Of a stretch of DNA of 64,000 bases, positions 50,886-63,914 are shown one piece after another. Positions within the stretch are counted from its first letter, which is position 1; every line of letters starts with the position of its first letter. The notes beneath the pieces were generated by a model. The model was not told the origin of the DNA. It saw nothing but the letters and a program-made list of their open reading frames with translations, and made no database searches. The DNA is taken from contig CM052817.1 in assembly GCA_028534125.1 (NCBI GenBank), positions 67,086,001 to 67,150,000 on the forward strand, in the 5' to 3' direction. The stretch comes from Lama glama. Taxonomy: Eukaryota. The translations under genes and the position numbers were made by a program.

Positions 50886-53800
50886 AAACAACAAAGCACA
50901 TAAATGAAAAATGTAAAAGATTCGTGTCACTGAAGCTCCTTTAATCAATACACCATTAATTGTGGCAAACCTTTGAATCTTCCCAGTCTTATATACATTT
51001 TTCTTAATGGCAAAATGTAACATTAGAAATTGGGTGTATGCACTGTAGTTTACATTAAGGATATTCTTAACTGAAATATACCTTACAAGAGAGGGGTGGA
51101 AAAATTATAATCATCATTTTATAACCTAGAATCTTCTGTTAGCCATCTCTGTGAAAGAATATATCACCCCAGGAAGGGTCCCAAGAGAGCAAAGCAAGGA
51201 AAACATCACTAAGAAATATCAGAGGAGGCAGGAACTTGTTTTAATTGGGCAACGAACTCATGGGAAGGTTTTGTGACTTATTTACCTAGCTATGTAAATA
51301 CCTATCTATCCACGTATGTCTGTTTTGCAGTTTAATTCAGAATATAGGTGGCAGTGAAAATGATGCATATTAAAATAATTATTTGAATTGAATACAAAAT
51401 TAGACTCTGATGGATCATAAATCTTATTTGGTTAATTGTATTTATGATAAGAATTGACTTTGCCAATTGATTTGTATCCCATAACTTGAGTTACATATTA
51501 TAGTTCAAGGTTTTGATCTATATGTTTAAGATCAATGCAATTAAAAAAAACTGCATTGACAAAGGGATAGTAAAATTTGTAATATTTTAATTTTTCCAAT
51601 ACTTTCTGATTGTACTGGGCTAAATGAGATGTCTCTAATTGAAAAAGTAGCACACATCATCAATAATCACTGCCGAATATTTTGAAAGGATTTTCAGAAA
51701 CTGAGAAAGTAAATGACCACAGTGACGGACTAAGAAATCATCCTGCCATTTAAGTAGCTTTTAATTCTTTGCTTTCAGTAAACCTGAAGAAGCTTTTAGA
51801 TCAATACGAAGAATTTTTTATGATGGACCACTATATAATTCTAGGTGCATAACTAAGGGAACATAAAAATGATGTGTTATTAAATAAATGAACTCTCCCA
51901 TTTCCATCAACATCTTATAAGAAAAAGTATTTGTAAATCACCTATCCATGAAAACAAATGACGCCGAACTCAGGGCAAACTCTGCTTCCTTCTAACTAAA
52001 CTATTCACTTGTGTGTAATAGAATAATTTTTAAGTCCGGTTTGCTACATTAACAGATACTTTTCCAATATGTTTTATTGTTTAATAATCAATTATCAAAA
52101 CTGGTCGTATACTTTTAGTCAATTGTTTAATAAAATAATCATAATGATTTTAATCCTGTAGACATTTTCATAATTTTTTCAAAATTCAGACTTACGAACA
52201 CAGGCACATGTAACACATATTTGAACTGCAGAAGTGTGTGATCTATGATTAAGAAGTCTTTCAAACTTAAAAATATATTATGTCAAAATAAAATATGTTG
52301 CAAAAGTGAAATAGGAACACAGAAATATGAAAAATATAATGTAAACTTTGACTATTATAATCTTTTACAATAATGTAATTTCAATGGACTGAGGTGTAAA
52401 TCAAATGGTATGGTCTTTATATCCAGTTGTATACATTTAAAAAGCGGTATAACAGTGTGAATTTAAAATGTCAATATTTATAATACACGTAAATTATGTC
52501 ACTTGCTACAATTAAATTATGAAAAACTTCTAGCTGTCAACTTAAACATTGGCAAGGGTTATGCAATTCTTAAAAAAATTATTTTAAGGATGTCAGACTA
52601 AAAAACTTTGAAAACTGCTACTTAAATAACCCAAACTCAAATTAATGAGTGGATTAAATAAAGTTTTTCAGTGTTGCCAAATTATGGAGAGATTTTAACT
52701 AAGTTCACCAAAGATGGCCCCATGAAGGCATCCCTCTGTTACTTAATTTCTAGCCCTCCCCTGTGGCTTTTCCTTGCAGTAATGCCTTGGTGCATTTGTG
52801 ACTAGTGATTTCCTGCCACTTGAGGAAAACTGTTACCTTACTCACGGATGCTTTCCCAAACAACAGAGGTTTCCCACCTTTCTCCCTCTGCAACCCTCCA
52901 TTACGTTTCCTGCTATGCTGATCATCAGGCTTGCTCCTACTCGACTCACTTGAGGCTATAAAATCTACTGCAAGCGATGATTTCTCTGATTTTTTTAAAA
53001 CAATTTCCTGAACTACCTTGGCCTCACTCTAATAATCGGGATCCGGACTCATTGAGGCCGTGGTTACCCCATTCCCCTAAAAGCCCAAATCCCCAAGCTT
53101 CTTAGTATGCCACAGCAAGGCCCAGGGTATTGGTAATTAGAGCAAGAAACTTTAATTTTCTCTTGAAAGGCTTTATCTTATATGAATCCGACAGTTTCCT
53201 CATCAAACTGTACTGATTCTCTCTTTAACTTCATTGCATTATCTGCAAGATATTCAAGCAATACCTATGTTTTATTATTCAACAAAGGGTAGTCCAACCA
53301 GAGCTAGATCAGAGAAGATGATTTATGGTAGAGAGGAAGGCAAATAAAAGTTTTCTAACGGAAGGATCCGAAAAGTTGCTGGCAACGCAGCCAGTCAGGC
53401 AGTGTGTGAGCAAAATGTTCAAGGAAATATTTTATTTTTATTTATGTTGGCTATGAAATAAATATTGCATAGTTGAATCAGTGGATTTTATGTGTCAGGC
53501 ACTATTTCCTGCTGCACCCAATCACTGCAGAGCTGTCAGAAGCCAAGTGTGCATTTAAAGAGGCTGCCCTCTCTGACTGGAAGGGGAAGAAAAAAAGCCA
53601 GGAGGGTTGACAAAACACATCCTGATGAGTGCCTCTCCCTCTCTTTTTAAAGCTTTTTGATTTTGTTCCAATTTTAGCAAATGTGAAGTCTGAACGAAAA
53701 GTAATTGAAGGCAATAATTTCAAAAAGACGTAGAGAGGAAAGAGGGGAGACCTGCATTTTCTATGCAGACAGCATGATGCAGGTGTAATGTGTGTCCAGG

Positions 53801-55674
53801 GAATGTAAGATTGAAAGGTCTCCCTGCAGATTGGATACCCTCTCCCTCTACTCAATAGCAAAATGCATAGACTGTGTTGAGATGAGCATCTTATATTGTG
53901 GGTGTCTGGTCACCGACCTGAATGTTACAGCCGCATCAGTACAGATGAGCATCAGGAAGCGGCAAATGAGAGTGCCCAGAAAACAGGAACTGTCAGGAGA
54001 AGACAGGCCGGGAAGCAGCAATAACTCAGCGCAAGCCCCTGCTCAGAATGTGATTGGAATTACATGACAGAAGGACGGCTTATGATAAGGCCAGGGAAGA
54101 CCCAGCACACACACCTGAGATTTCGTCGAGGCTTTTAAAACTGCTTTCCTCTGTATTCTGTTTCCTCTGCCTCATTCCTGAGAGCCAGAGCTCTGGAGAC
54201 TGAGACATTGGCTTTTGGCTGCTTATTAATTGCCATATACGCTCGCTGCTGTTATGTGACTCAGGAGCCTTAAGGTATAAATAATTAAAACCTTGGTTCT
54301 CCATGAGCATAAACGATGATATAATAATCATAACAGTCCCTTCTGAATATCCCTTAATATTGTGTGGATACTGAAATTACTCCCACCTCTCTCTCGCACG
54401 CACATACACACAGACATCCTCACTAACCAAGTCAACTCACTCATTTCTGAACAACCTCAGTTAAACTAAATGCTTTTAAAAAATTATCACTGATTTCTGG
54501 GTTATAAAAACATTCCATTTTTACACTGTAATGTCATAGGTTGAAATAATATGGAGTGATCAGACTTGTTTCACTGCAGCACCTTTGATAATATCATAGT
54601 AATGGAAATACTATTTGACCTAAGAGATATCAGAGAAACGCTCTACCCTAAATGGGCTAACTAAATAATTTTGAGAGCTGAAAGTCTTCACAATGTGGCA
54701 GTGAGGTTTCCTTTGTCCAGAATTCAGGCACATAAGAGATTTCCCAGGTCTGAGCATGCGTCCCTGTGTTTGCCTCTCCTGGGCCTCTGCTCACTCACGA
54801 CCTCAGCTGGTTGAAAGGAGTGATTTAGAACTGTGAAATTATAGGCGTTTTGACAGGCCAGTGGAGAAATATTCTGAGGGTGGGGAGCTTCTCAGCACCC
54901 CTCACATTTAAATGACAACAAACAGTAGGGTTTAATTCCTTCAGTCCAGGTTTTAGCAGGATTCTTGTCAGTCAAAGACATTCACAGAACATCTGCCCTA
55001 TATAAAATATTTCTCTCCACATACTAATTCCCTGCCTGACACTTGACAGTTTTTATAAAGAAAGATGGGAAGCTGAGTATTTGCTCTGAAGGATGGAAAT
55101 TTGATTCATGGCAATTTACTTATTTAGAGTGAAATTCCACTATGACAAACCTGTTCATTCTTACGGTGTTCATTGTGAAGGGGTCTTGCTTGCGCCTCAA
55201 TTTGTGCTGCTTTCTTAATTTTCATAAAGGAGCATATTTGTTATTCAATCTTTTAAGTGTGTTTGGGTAAGCTTTTCACATAAGTCCAAGAATATAGACT
55301 ATTGCTGAAGACAGCTGTAACTGATTCTTACCTTCTTTGTATAGAAAAATGGGGAAGACAAGGAGCTAAAACAAACCTGTGATCACACCATTTACATTAT
55401 TTACATCCTGTGTTCTAGCAAAATGTAAAACCCATATGTCTCTTATCCCTGGAGTGCACTTTGAGGTGGGAATTTTTTCCCCAGTTTTTTTCCAGTATTT
55501 TTTTTTTCATAAAATAGTTCTTGCTACTGAGAAATCTGTGATTTGGCTACATTCTTCCAAAAGAGACTCTTCACTACACTTCATAAAGATTCTCCAGTTG
55601 CCAAGTTACACAGTCCAATACAGAAATTAGGGTTAGAACCCTAAGGATCATATACTGCAATACTTTCATTCATG

Positions 55675-55685
55675 TGCTGAGTCAC
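55675..55685 (+). promoter_or_regulatory. NFE2/NRF2-sMAF (ARE/MARE) motif
   Basis: TGCTGAGTCAC is an exact match to the consensus; function untested. Confidence 0.3.
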
Positions 55686-55935
55686 TACCTTGTTATAAAA
55701 AAATGAGGAATATAAATCTAACCTTTTCTAGACACCATAAAGATAATAAGTGAAATAATACTTTAAATTCTTAGAATAAAAGATCTGAGATAACCTTGTA
55801 AATGTAATTTTCCAATTGTGCCACTGTACTTGAATTTTTGTCACTTGTAAAGATAGGGATTCAAAACACTTGCTTGAGAGAGAAGACTGTTCTGTGTGGC
55901 ATAACCATTGAAAATAAAAACATTATTAAGGTATA

Positions 55936-56267
55936 GAGTCATCCCTTGGTATCTACAGGGGTTGGTTTCAGGACCCCCCCAGATACCAAAACCAGAGGAT
56001 GCTCAAGTCCCTTGAATAAAATGGCATAATATTTGCATATAACCTATGCACATCCTCACATTCACTTTAAATCATCTCTTGATTATGTAGAATACCTAAT
56101 ACAATGTAAAGAGTTGTAAATGCAGTGTAGATTCTATGTAAATCTTTGCCAACATGTAATAAATTCAGTTTTGCTTCTTTAGAACTTTCTGGATTAAAAA
56201 TAGATATATATTTACTATCCATGGTTGGTTGAATTTGCAGATGTAGAACCTGTGACCACAGAAACTG
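55936..56267 (+). mobile_element. MER2/MER2B-type Tigger element
   Basis: Homologous to 9202-9549; flanked by TA at 55934-55935 and 56268-56269. Confidence 0.88.
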
Positions 56268-57492
56268 TAATCGACATACAATATGCTACACTATTTAAAA
56301 TGTACATGCAGTTGGACAGCTTGTGTGTACATCTGTGAAACCACTGTTACAATCAACATGATGAACATATCTATCACCTCCCAAATTTGTCTGATACTCT
56401 CACTCCCTACTCCCACCTCCATTCCTCAGACAACGACTTACTTGCTTTTTGTCACTATATTTTGGCATACGTTTTCTAGATTCCACACTAAATGGAATTA
56501 GTCAGGATGTACACTTTTTTGTTGGGGGGAGGGAGGGACAGTGTCTTGCTTCTTTCACTCAGCATAATTATTTAAATAATTTATCCATGTTGTGAGTATC
56601 AATAGTTCATTTCTTTTTATTGCTGCGTAGTACTCCATTGTATAGACATATCATGATTTGTTTATCCATTTGNNNNNNNNNNNNNNNNNNNNNNNNNNNN
56701 NNNNNNNNNNNNNNNNNNNNNNNNNNNNNNNNNNNNNNNNNNNNNNNNNNNNNNNNNNNNNNNNNNNNNNNNNNNNNNNNNNNNNNNNNNNNNNNNNNNN
56801 NNNNNNNNNNNNNNNNNNNNNNNNNNNNNNNNNNNNNNNNNNNNNNNNNNNNNNNNNNNNNNNNNNNNNNNNNNNNNNNNNNNNNNNNNNNNNNNNNNNN
56901 NNNNNNNNNNNNNNNNNNNNNNNNNNNNNNNNNNNNNNNNNNNNNNNNNNNNNNNNNNNNNNNNNNNNNNNNNNNNNNNNNNNNNNNNNNNNNNNNNNNN
57001 NNNNNNNNNNNNNNNNNNNNNNNNNNNNNNNNNNNNNNNNNNNNNNNNNNNNNNNNNNNNNNNNNNNNNNNNNNNNNNNNNNNNNNNNNNNNNNNNNNNN
57101 NNNNNNNNNNNNNNNNNNNNNNNNNNNNNNNNNNNNNNNNNNNNNNNNNNNNNNNNNNNNNNNNNNNNNNNNTTGTAAATGGACATTGGTATTGTTTCCA
57201 TTTTAGGCTGCAGCAAATAAAGATTTTATGAGCATTTGTGTGCAAGTCTTTAAATGGATATTTGTTTTCCAATACCTTTTTCCTGGGCATTGGTTAAATA
57301 CCTGGAAGTGGAATGGCTGTATCTTTGATGTCAAAAAATCCCCCCAAACCAAACACAATGTTATCTATAGTGGTTGCATCATTTTGCATTTCCACCAGAA
57401 AATTAAATGAATTCTAGTGGCTCCACGTGTGGTATGTCTTTTTAAATTGTAGCCATTCCAATAGTTATATAGTACATCTCATTGTGCTTTTA
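56268..57492 (-). mobile_element. Old L1 (L1MB/L1ME-like) 3' end spanning the assembly gap
   Basis: CTTCTTTCACTCAGCATAAT...TATCAATAGTTCATTTCTTTTTATTGCTG...CATTTTGCATTTCCACCAG. Confidence 0.8.
56673..57172. other. Assembly gap (500 N)
   Basis: Run of N. Confidence 1.
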
Positions 57493-57804
57493 GCCTGCTG
57501 TTTTAATTCTTTTATGCTTATTTGTCAGGAAGATGGACCTTGGGGTGATGAGTGACAAGAAACAAACCTGTTTAGTTTCCCAGACCTCTCCATCACCACA
57601 GAGAACCTGGAAGAATTATTTATGTTCTGTTTATTCTCTCTACAATTTAATTGAATTTATTTATTTGTTATTCACTATTATAGTGAGTTTATATAATATT
57701 TGGAAAAGTTACATAAAAAGAATAAATATTCATGATTTTTTTCACCATGTCATCTTTACCGCTCACCTTTTGGTCTATTTCACTCATTTTCTCAATCATA
57801 ATAA

Positions 57805-58030
57805 AATACTAACATTTATTAAAGACTCATGATGGCCCAGGAATAAGATATATAGTCTCATATATTTTACACAATTTTTTCCAACAATTTTGTAAGTAGA
57901 TATGATTTTTCCCATTATACAAATTAAGAAAAAAAAAAGAAACTTGACTTAGAAAAAGCTTGTATCACACAGCTGGCATAGCCCAGACTTTATTTGATGT
58001 ATTTCTGACTCCAAATGCTATGTTTTCAAC
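57805..58030 (-). mobile_element. MIR fragment
   Basis: AACATTTATTAAAGACTCA...TTTCCCATTATACAAAT...TCACACAGCTGG...TCTGACTCCAAA. Confidence 0.6.
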
Positions 58031-58419
58031 CTCTTCAAGATAGTCCCTTGAGTTACCAGATTTCTTAAAAAGTCCAATTTAAAAAAAAATGAGTTTTAAT
58101 GATATGGAAAGAAATTCTTTGTTAGGAAGCTAACTTAATAAAAGTAATTAGAAAGATGAAATAAACAGACTTGGAATAAAGAGCACAGCATTGTGAACTC
58201 ATATTGTGGAGCCATAGTTCTTATACCAAGCCTGCTATAGAGAAGCTGTGACTCCTTGGTCAAATTATTTCATTGCTCTGACTTCATTTAACATCTCTCT
58301 CTCTCTCAGATGAGACTGTATTTAGAAAAACTCTAAAATAAATTATATCTCTGAAATACTTGTACTTTGGATGGAGAAGCAGCAAAATGGGTGGAATGAC
58401 CCAATTCTTAGCTCTCAGG

Positions 58420-59070
58420 TAGTGTCAGTCAAAGCTAACAGAGATAAATCACAGGAAGATATAAGATTGTTGACTGGTTAAAATGTTGCAGGGGCACATT
58501 GGAGCTGCATTTAGAAAAAAGAGGCAGTTTTACTAAAGTGACTATGAAGTCTCACTCTATTCAGAAAAAGAGGCTTTGGTTCATTGCAGTCTGGTTCTTA
58601 AAGACATTAACACAATTGACAAGTTACTAAGAGAAGCAAAACATTTGTATATAATTCATAAATCAAAGATTCACCACACCTGTAAACCTTTCCCTTCGTT
58701 CATTGTAGCTGTAGATATTAAAATGCAGCTATAGAAGTTCTAGAAAAAGTTAACCAAGATGTTAGAGATTCTCTCTAAATGTCTATGAGTGAAGGATTAA
58801 AAACTATTTTCCAATGTCAAAAAATAAAAGCTGAGAATTTCTATATTTGAAATTGAAAATTAATTAAAGGGAAAGATGAAGGAAAGAAAATGTGTTTGTG
58901 AAATGCATGGATTATAGAACATAATGTTGATTTTTAGGACAAACGAAAATAATCTCTTTTTTCTATTATAGATTATAATATATGAAACTCATTATTACCT
59001 TATGTGGTACAAAGTAGGTGAAAGATACTAAATTTGATCAAAAAGATTCTGGAGAAACAGCTGGATATTT
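58420..59070 (+). mobile_element. CR1/L3 LINE 3' relic
   Basis: DKSQEDI; ACCAAGATG (TKM); GAAGGATTAAAA (EGLK); TTTAGGACAAACGAAAA; GAAACTCATT...GTGGTACA...TCAAAAAGATTCTGGAGAAA, colinear with the CR1 ORF2 C-terminus. Confidence 0.6.
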
Positions 59071-61169
59071 GAGCCATAAATGCTTAGTGAATGAATATAA
59101 AGATTACTTACAAATATTTCCTTTATTTTGCAGTTGACGTTGGACAACAGCTTGGATTTTCCTCAGAATCATTGGTGTCAGTGGCAGAAAGTATGCTTTA
59201 TTGTTAATATTGTTAACACTCATTCTGGAACTGCTGATGCTGGCAATTTACTAGTTATCTAAACATAAAATTTTATTTTTCCCTCTTCTTTCAATGACAG
59301 ATCACTCAAAATATGAGTAACTTTTGTTCCAAGCCAATAGAAAGTTTCTAACAAATTGGTATTTAATGTCTTAATCGTGGTCTTGCCCTGTAGAAAAATC
59401 AATCGTATTTACCTTTGTTTTATTTCAAGTTTCCCTCATCTATTTTAAGGGATACAGCAATATTCCTAATTTTTAGGTATAAAGCCTTGTTAATGACAGG
59501 CAATTCGTTCTTACATAGCTCAGAAAGAATACGTAATAGAGATTATTGCATTTATAAATATCTTCCTTTTTTAGATCCTGAAAGCATTTTGTTATGGCTT
59601 TTCAAGAAAATATGGAATTGTATTCATTCCTCTGATGGATTTTCCTCTCATAAATACTACATTTAGAGTTCATCTCCATGTTTATCTGTGTACACTTCCA
59701 TATCTATGCCCTTCTGCATGCATAATTATTTTCAATACCTTGATCCAGTATATTTTTAAACTCATTTAAAATAGCAGTTAAGCTTAACATGGGTGCTAGA
59801 ACCAAGTGGGTTGAAATGAGAAAAATGTGAGCAGCAATGACCAAGTTTGCACATGTGCAGGCAATGTTGAGTCGACAATTGTTGTCTTGCATACAAAAAT
59901 GATAAGAGGTCATCTATTTTAATAAGAATCTATTTCAAAAGGTATTAAAATATAAAAAATGATTATCACAAACTTGACTAAATATGGTGTATTAAACATT
60001 TAACAACATCCGTCTTATCAAAGTTCAATACATGGTAGCCAGTATTGTTATATAATATTATTGTTACGACCTTGTCAAATGGGACGTTTTGAGATTCTTT
60101 GTTAGTTTTCTGACAGTGCAACAGCTTACTCCTAGAACAGTGGCTTCCTTGGAAAGTCTAGATACCCTGTCTTTTCCTGCTTTGATAAATCATATTTTGA
60201 TTATTCTCAGAATTGCACTTTCACTATAGTTCTTATTCAAAACAATAATTCACTGTTCCCTCAGGATATTTGTAGAATTCAGAGTTTATATTATCTGGTC
60301 ACAGAATCGTTTATAAACACATTTTAAAAATGAAGAATATATTCATTTTGACCTTGTGATTAAAGAATTTTTTATCCATTTGTGAGTTTTGAAATATTAA
60401 TGAAGGAAAAGCTTCTTATTGCTTAATCAATTTTAGATCCTATGACTTTAACAGTCTTGCGTGTTTTCAAGTACTTAAACAGTCAAGCACAGTTTCAATG
60501 TACATATCTGATGTAGTTACTTAACATGAAGCTGTCTTGTCCTCATATTTCTTCTCTGCTAATTTCCGTTTATTTTAGCAGGCCAAGTATTAATGTGGAA
60601 TGCTACATACTACATAGATAAAGTGCATAAATACTATGAAATAGTTGCTTATATTATTACCTATGTGTATGTAGGCCAGAAGGGAAGAAAATGTTATTAA
60701 AATGTGTAGGTCTCAATACTCTATAATTATAATCTTACAAAACAATAGGGCTCTGTAATATCTGAATAGAGAGTCCACCTACTTTGATAGCAATGGTCGT
60801 GTAGGAGGCATATGCTCAGTGAGTCTGGGGATTCATCTTCAAATATGTGGCCTCGTGAGTGAGGTTCACTACGTAAACCAGGGAGTGGCATTTCTCAAAA
60901 ATAAATAGGTAGATAGACTGATACGACTTTTCTGAAATATTTAGATCTTTAATATACTAAATCTACAGCTCAAGGGTTTCCACTTTCCCCTTTTGACATA
61001 AGTACTGTATTATTTACCTGTTTTCCCCACTGAGAAAGCTATTGCCCATCTTTCTGAACAATTCATGAGATCATATTATCCCATTATTCTTTATACTTTG
61101 TTAGAGATGTGTTTTTTTCCAAATGAACTCCGGATATTTTTGTTCACTTCCAAGCTAGAGTAAGAAAAT

Positions 61170-62268
61170 ATCTTAAGATACAAATAGTAAATTTAAAACA
61201 AAAAACAACAAATTGGACTGTAGTAAAATTCAAAACTCTTCATCAAAGAAATCATTAGAAAGTAAAAAGGCAACCTATCGGTTGGGGGAAGATATTAAAA
61301 ATATGTAGTACATATGACAAAATATATATTCATATATTTTATATATAATTATGACTATATAATTATATATTACATATTATTTTTGTCAGGTATATGTCAT
61401 TATATGTTAAATGTATCTGGCGAAAATCCTTATATCCAGAATGTATAAATAACACCTGTAAATCACTGAGATAAAGGTAGACAAGCTAGCAGGAAATGGG
61501 TGAAACTCTGAACAGACTTTTCATAGAAGAGAATATTCAAGCAGTTTTTAGATGCATGGAAAACTCTTGGCCTCATCAGGGAAATGCCCATTAAAGCCAC
61601 GGGCAGGGCATGAGAAATGAAAAAATCACCAAGCTTGTGTGAGGATATGGGGGCCACCAGACTGTCATGAACTCCATGCAGGTATGTAAATATGTATAAC
61701 CACATGGGGAAACTGTTTGCATTTACTAAAGCTGAAGCTATACCTACTCTGAGAATCAAAAATCCCACTCCTAGGTCTATACTTAACAAAAGTGTGTACC
61801 TATGTTCACCAAAACACTTACATATGCAGGCAAACACCACATGTAGTGGGCAAAAACAGATTCTCATCAACAGTAAAATATGTAGATAAACTGTGGCAAA
61901 CTCACAAAGTGGAAAATAAGGTGGAATGAGAATAAATAATCTATCACTACCTACAACAGTAGGCAAAACTCAAAAATTAGATGTTGAGCAAAAGAAGCTG
62001 ACCCCAAAATAGGACACACTCTAAATTCACTTGCTCAACTACAAGGAGTGACCGAACTAATGCGTTCTATTTCAGTCAGAACAGTGATTACACTGGGCAA
62101 GGAACAATGACAGGGAGTGTGAGGGATATTCTGAGGTTCAAGAAAGGTCTGTTTATTGATCTTGTTGCTGGTGACTAAGTCTGTTCAATCTGTAAAAATA
62201 TATCAAGATTTACTTGTGAGTGCGTGTGTCCATATTTATATCAGACTTCAATAAAAAATTTTAAAAAA
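61170..62268 (+). mobile_element. Old L1 (L1ME-like) 3' end
   Basis: TGAACAGACTTTTCATAGAAGAGAATAT...AATCCCACTCCTAGGT...ends CAGACTTCAATAAAAAATTTTAAAAA. Confidence 0.8.
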
Positions 62269-62417
62269 GAGGAGAGAAAAGTGCAGTACATGCCAGAAAA
62301 GAGTGCAGGTAGTTCCAGGGGAGCATTAATGATGGTTCAAACCAAGGCATGAATTTAATTGAATGAATGCAATCTGAAGAAGTTCTTTTGCTTTGATGAA
62401 GTTGGGAAGAACCACTC

Positions 62418-62660
62418 TTTTTTTTTTCTTTTTGAGGTATAATTGACATATAACATTTTATTAGTTTCAGGAATACAGCATGATTATATATTTGTATCTA
62501 TTGTGAAATGATTGCAACAATAAAGCTGGGTAACATCTGTCACCAATCGTAGTTACACATTGTTTTTCCTTGTGGTGAGAAGTTATTAGATCTACTCTCT
62601 TAGCAACTTTCAAATACGCTGTACAGTATGATTAACTAAAGTCCCCATGATATACATTGC
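62418..62660 (-). mobile_element. L1 3' end (L1MA9-like)
   Basis: TTTTGAGGTATAATTGACATATAAC...GATCTACTCTCTTAGCAACTTTCAAATAC. Confidence 0.82.
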
Positions 62661-63914
62661 CGAGAAGAAGAACTATTGTCTCTCTCTCTCTCTTTCTTTT
62701 TAGTGAAAAAAGATATGCATAGCTCTTATTTCACAAAATAAATATCTTAAGATTTTGTGAAAGTACAAATTCATCACTTTTTTGCTTCCATTAATGGCCA
62801 GCTAGTTTGAACCAATTTTCTCATCAAGGACAATTAGAAGTATTAGAAGACAATTCTAAAATGTCTTTTTTTCTTGGAAGATAAGACATTATACAGCTAA
62901 CATGACATTCAACAGCTACCAGGACGGGATCCGGTAGGGTATGGGACCCCGAGCAAGGTGAGCACTTAAACTCTTTTAGTAACTTCCAAGGTTAAGAGGT
63001 TAAAATTCAGGCAGTGTGTGGAATATGAGATTCTGCTTAATGCACTTGATTTGTGCTTGGAGCCTGAAGCCACTCTGGACAGCAACTCTGGGTACTGCTC
63101 TCATCACTGCCCCCACCACAGGGCTTGTTATTATTATTTGGTTATTTATTCTGTAGTGACCAGCTGCCTTATTTAGGTGAAGTCAATTTCTCCAACACAC
63201 TATTAAGCCTCTTACATTGTTCCTCAAAGAGGTGCAGCCTTCAGTTTGTCCGCAGTCACCCTGGAATGACAGTGGTTTCGGCAAGGCTGTCTGTTTCCTT
63301 CCCTGACCACACCCAGCTGTTACATGCCACTTACTGCTGACTGATTGCTCCATCACTTGTTAACTCTGCCCTGAAGCATACATATCTCTACAGAGCAATC
63401 CAGTCACATCTGGGCTCCTTTGAAGGAATAGCCCCCAAGATCAGGCAAGAAAAATTAACTAAGCCTTACTCAATTTTTCCCAAAGGGCTAACAGAACCAA
63501 ATAGACATTAACTTGTTCTCAACATATGGTATCTTTGAATGGATTGAAGGTTTTCCAGACTGAACTTTTAGCAAACATGTCTCACCTTGGATTTTGTTTA
63601 TTTATTCAACTACATAAGTGTACAGGGTATTTGTTTCAGCAAAACCTTTAAAGAGTATTGAAATAATTGAGATATAAATCGGCCATTGCTGAGAATCAGA
63701 TTCTAACAGGAGACTTATGACAGAACTTGTACACAATCATCACAGCAGAGAAAATTATTGTTAAGTGTCCTGTGACTGGCAGAAAGAGCCCTGAGGAACT
63801 TGCAAAAAATCCATGCCATGTTAAAGGAAAAGCCAGCATTTGAGCTGTATGCCAAGAATGGAGTGGGATTTCATGAGATGCCAGGAAATTACTGCTATAG
63901 CTAAAATTGCGTTG

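Noticed and set aside
52180..52620. Possible hAT/Charlie fragment ending AAAAACTTTGAAAACTGCT
   Set aside because: Only one terminus-like motif; too degenerate to call
53502..54067. Overlapping 119-aa and 91-aa ORFs
   Set aside because: No recognisable homology; explained by locally higher GC content
56607..57290. Longest ORFs in the track (182-227 aa)
   Set aside because: Artefacts of the N gap
61463..61966. 167-aa minus-strand ORF
   Set aside because: Antisense to a degraded L1 3' region; no recognisable protein
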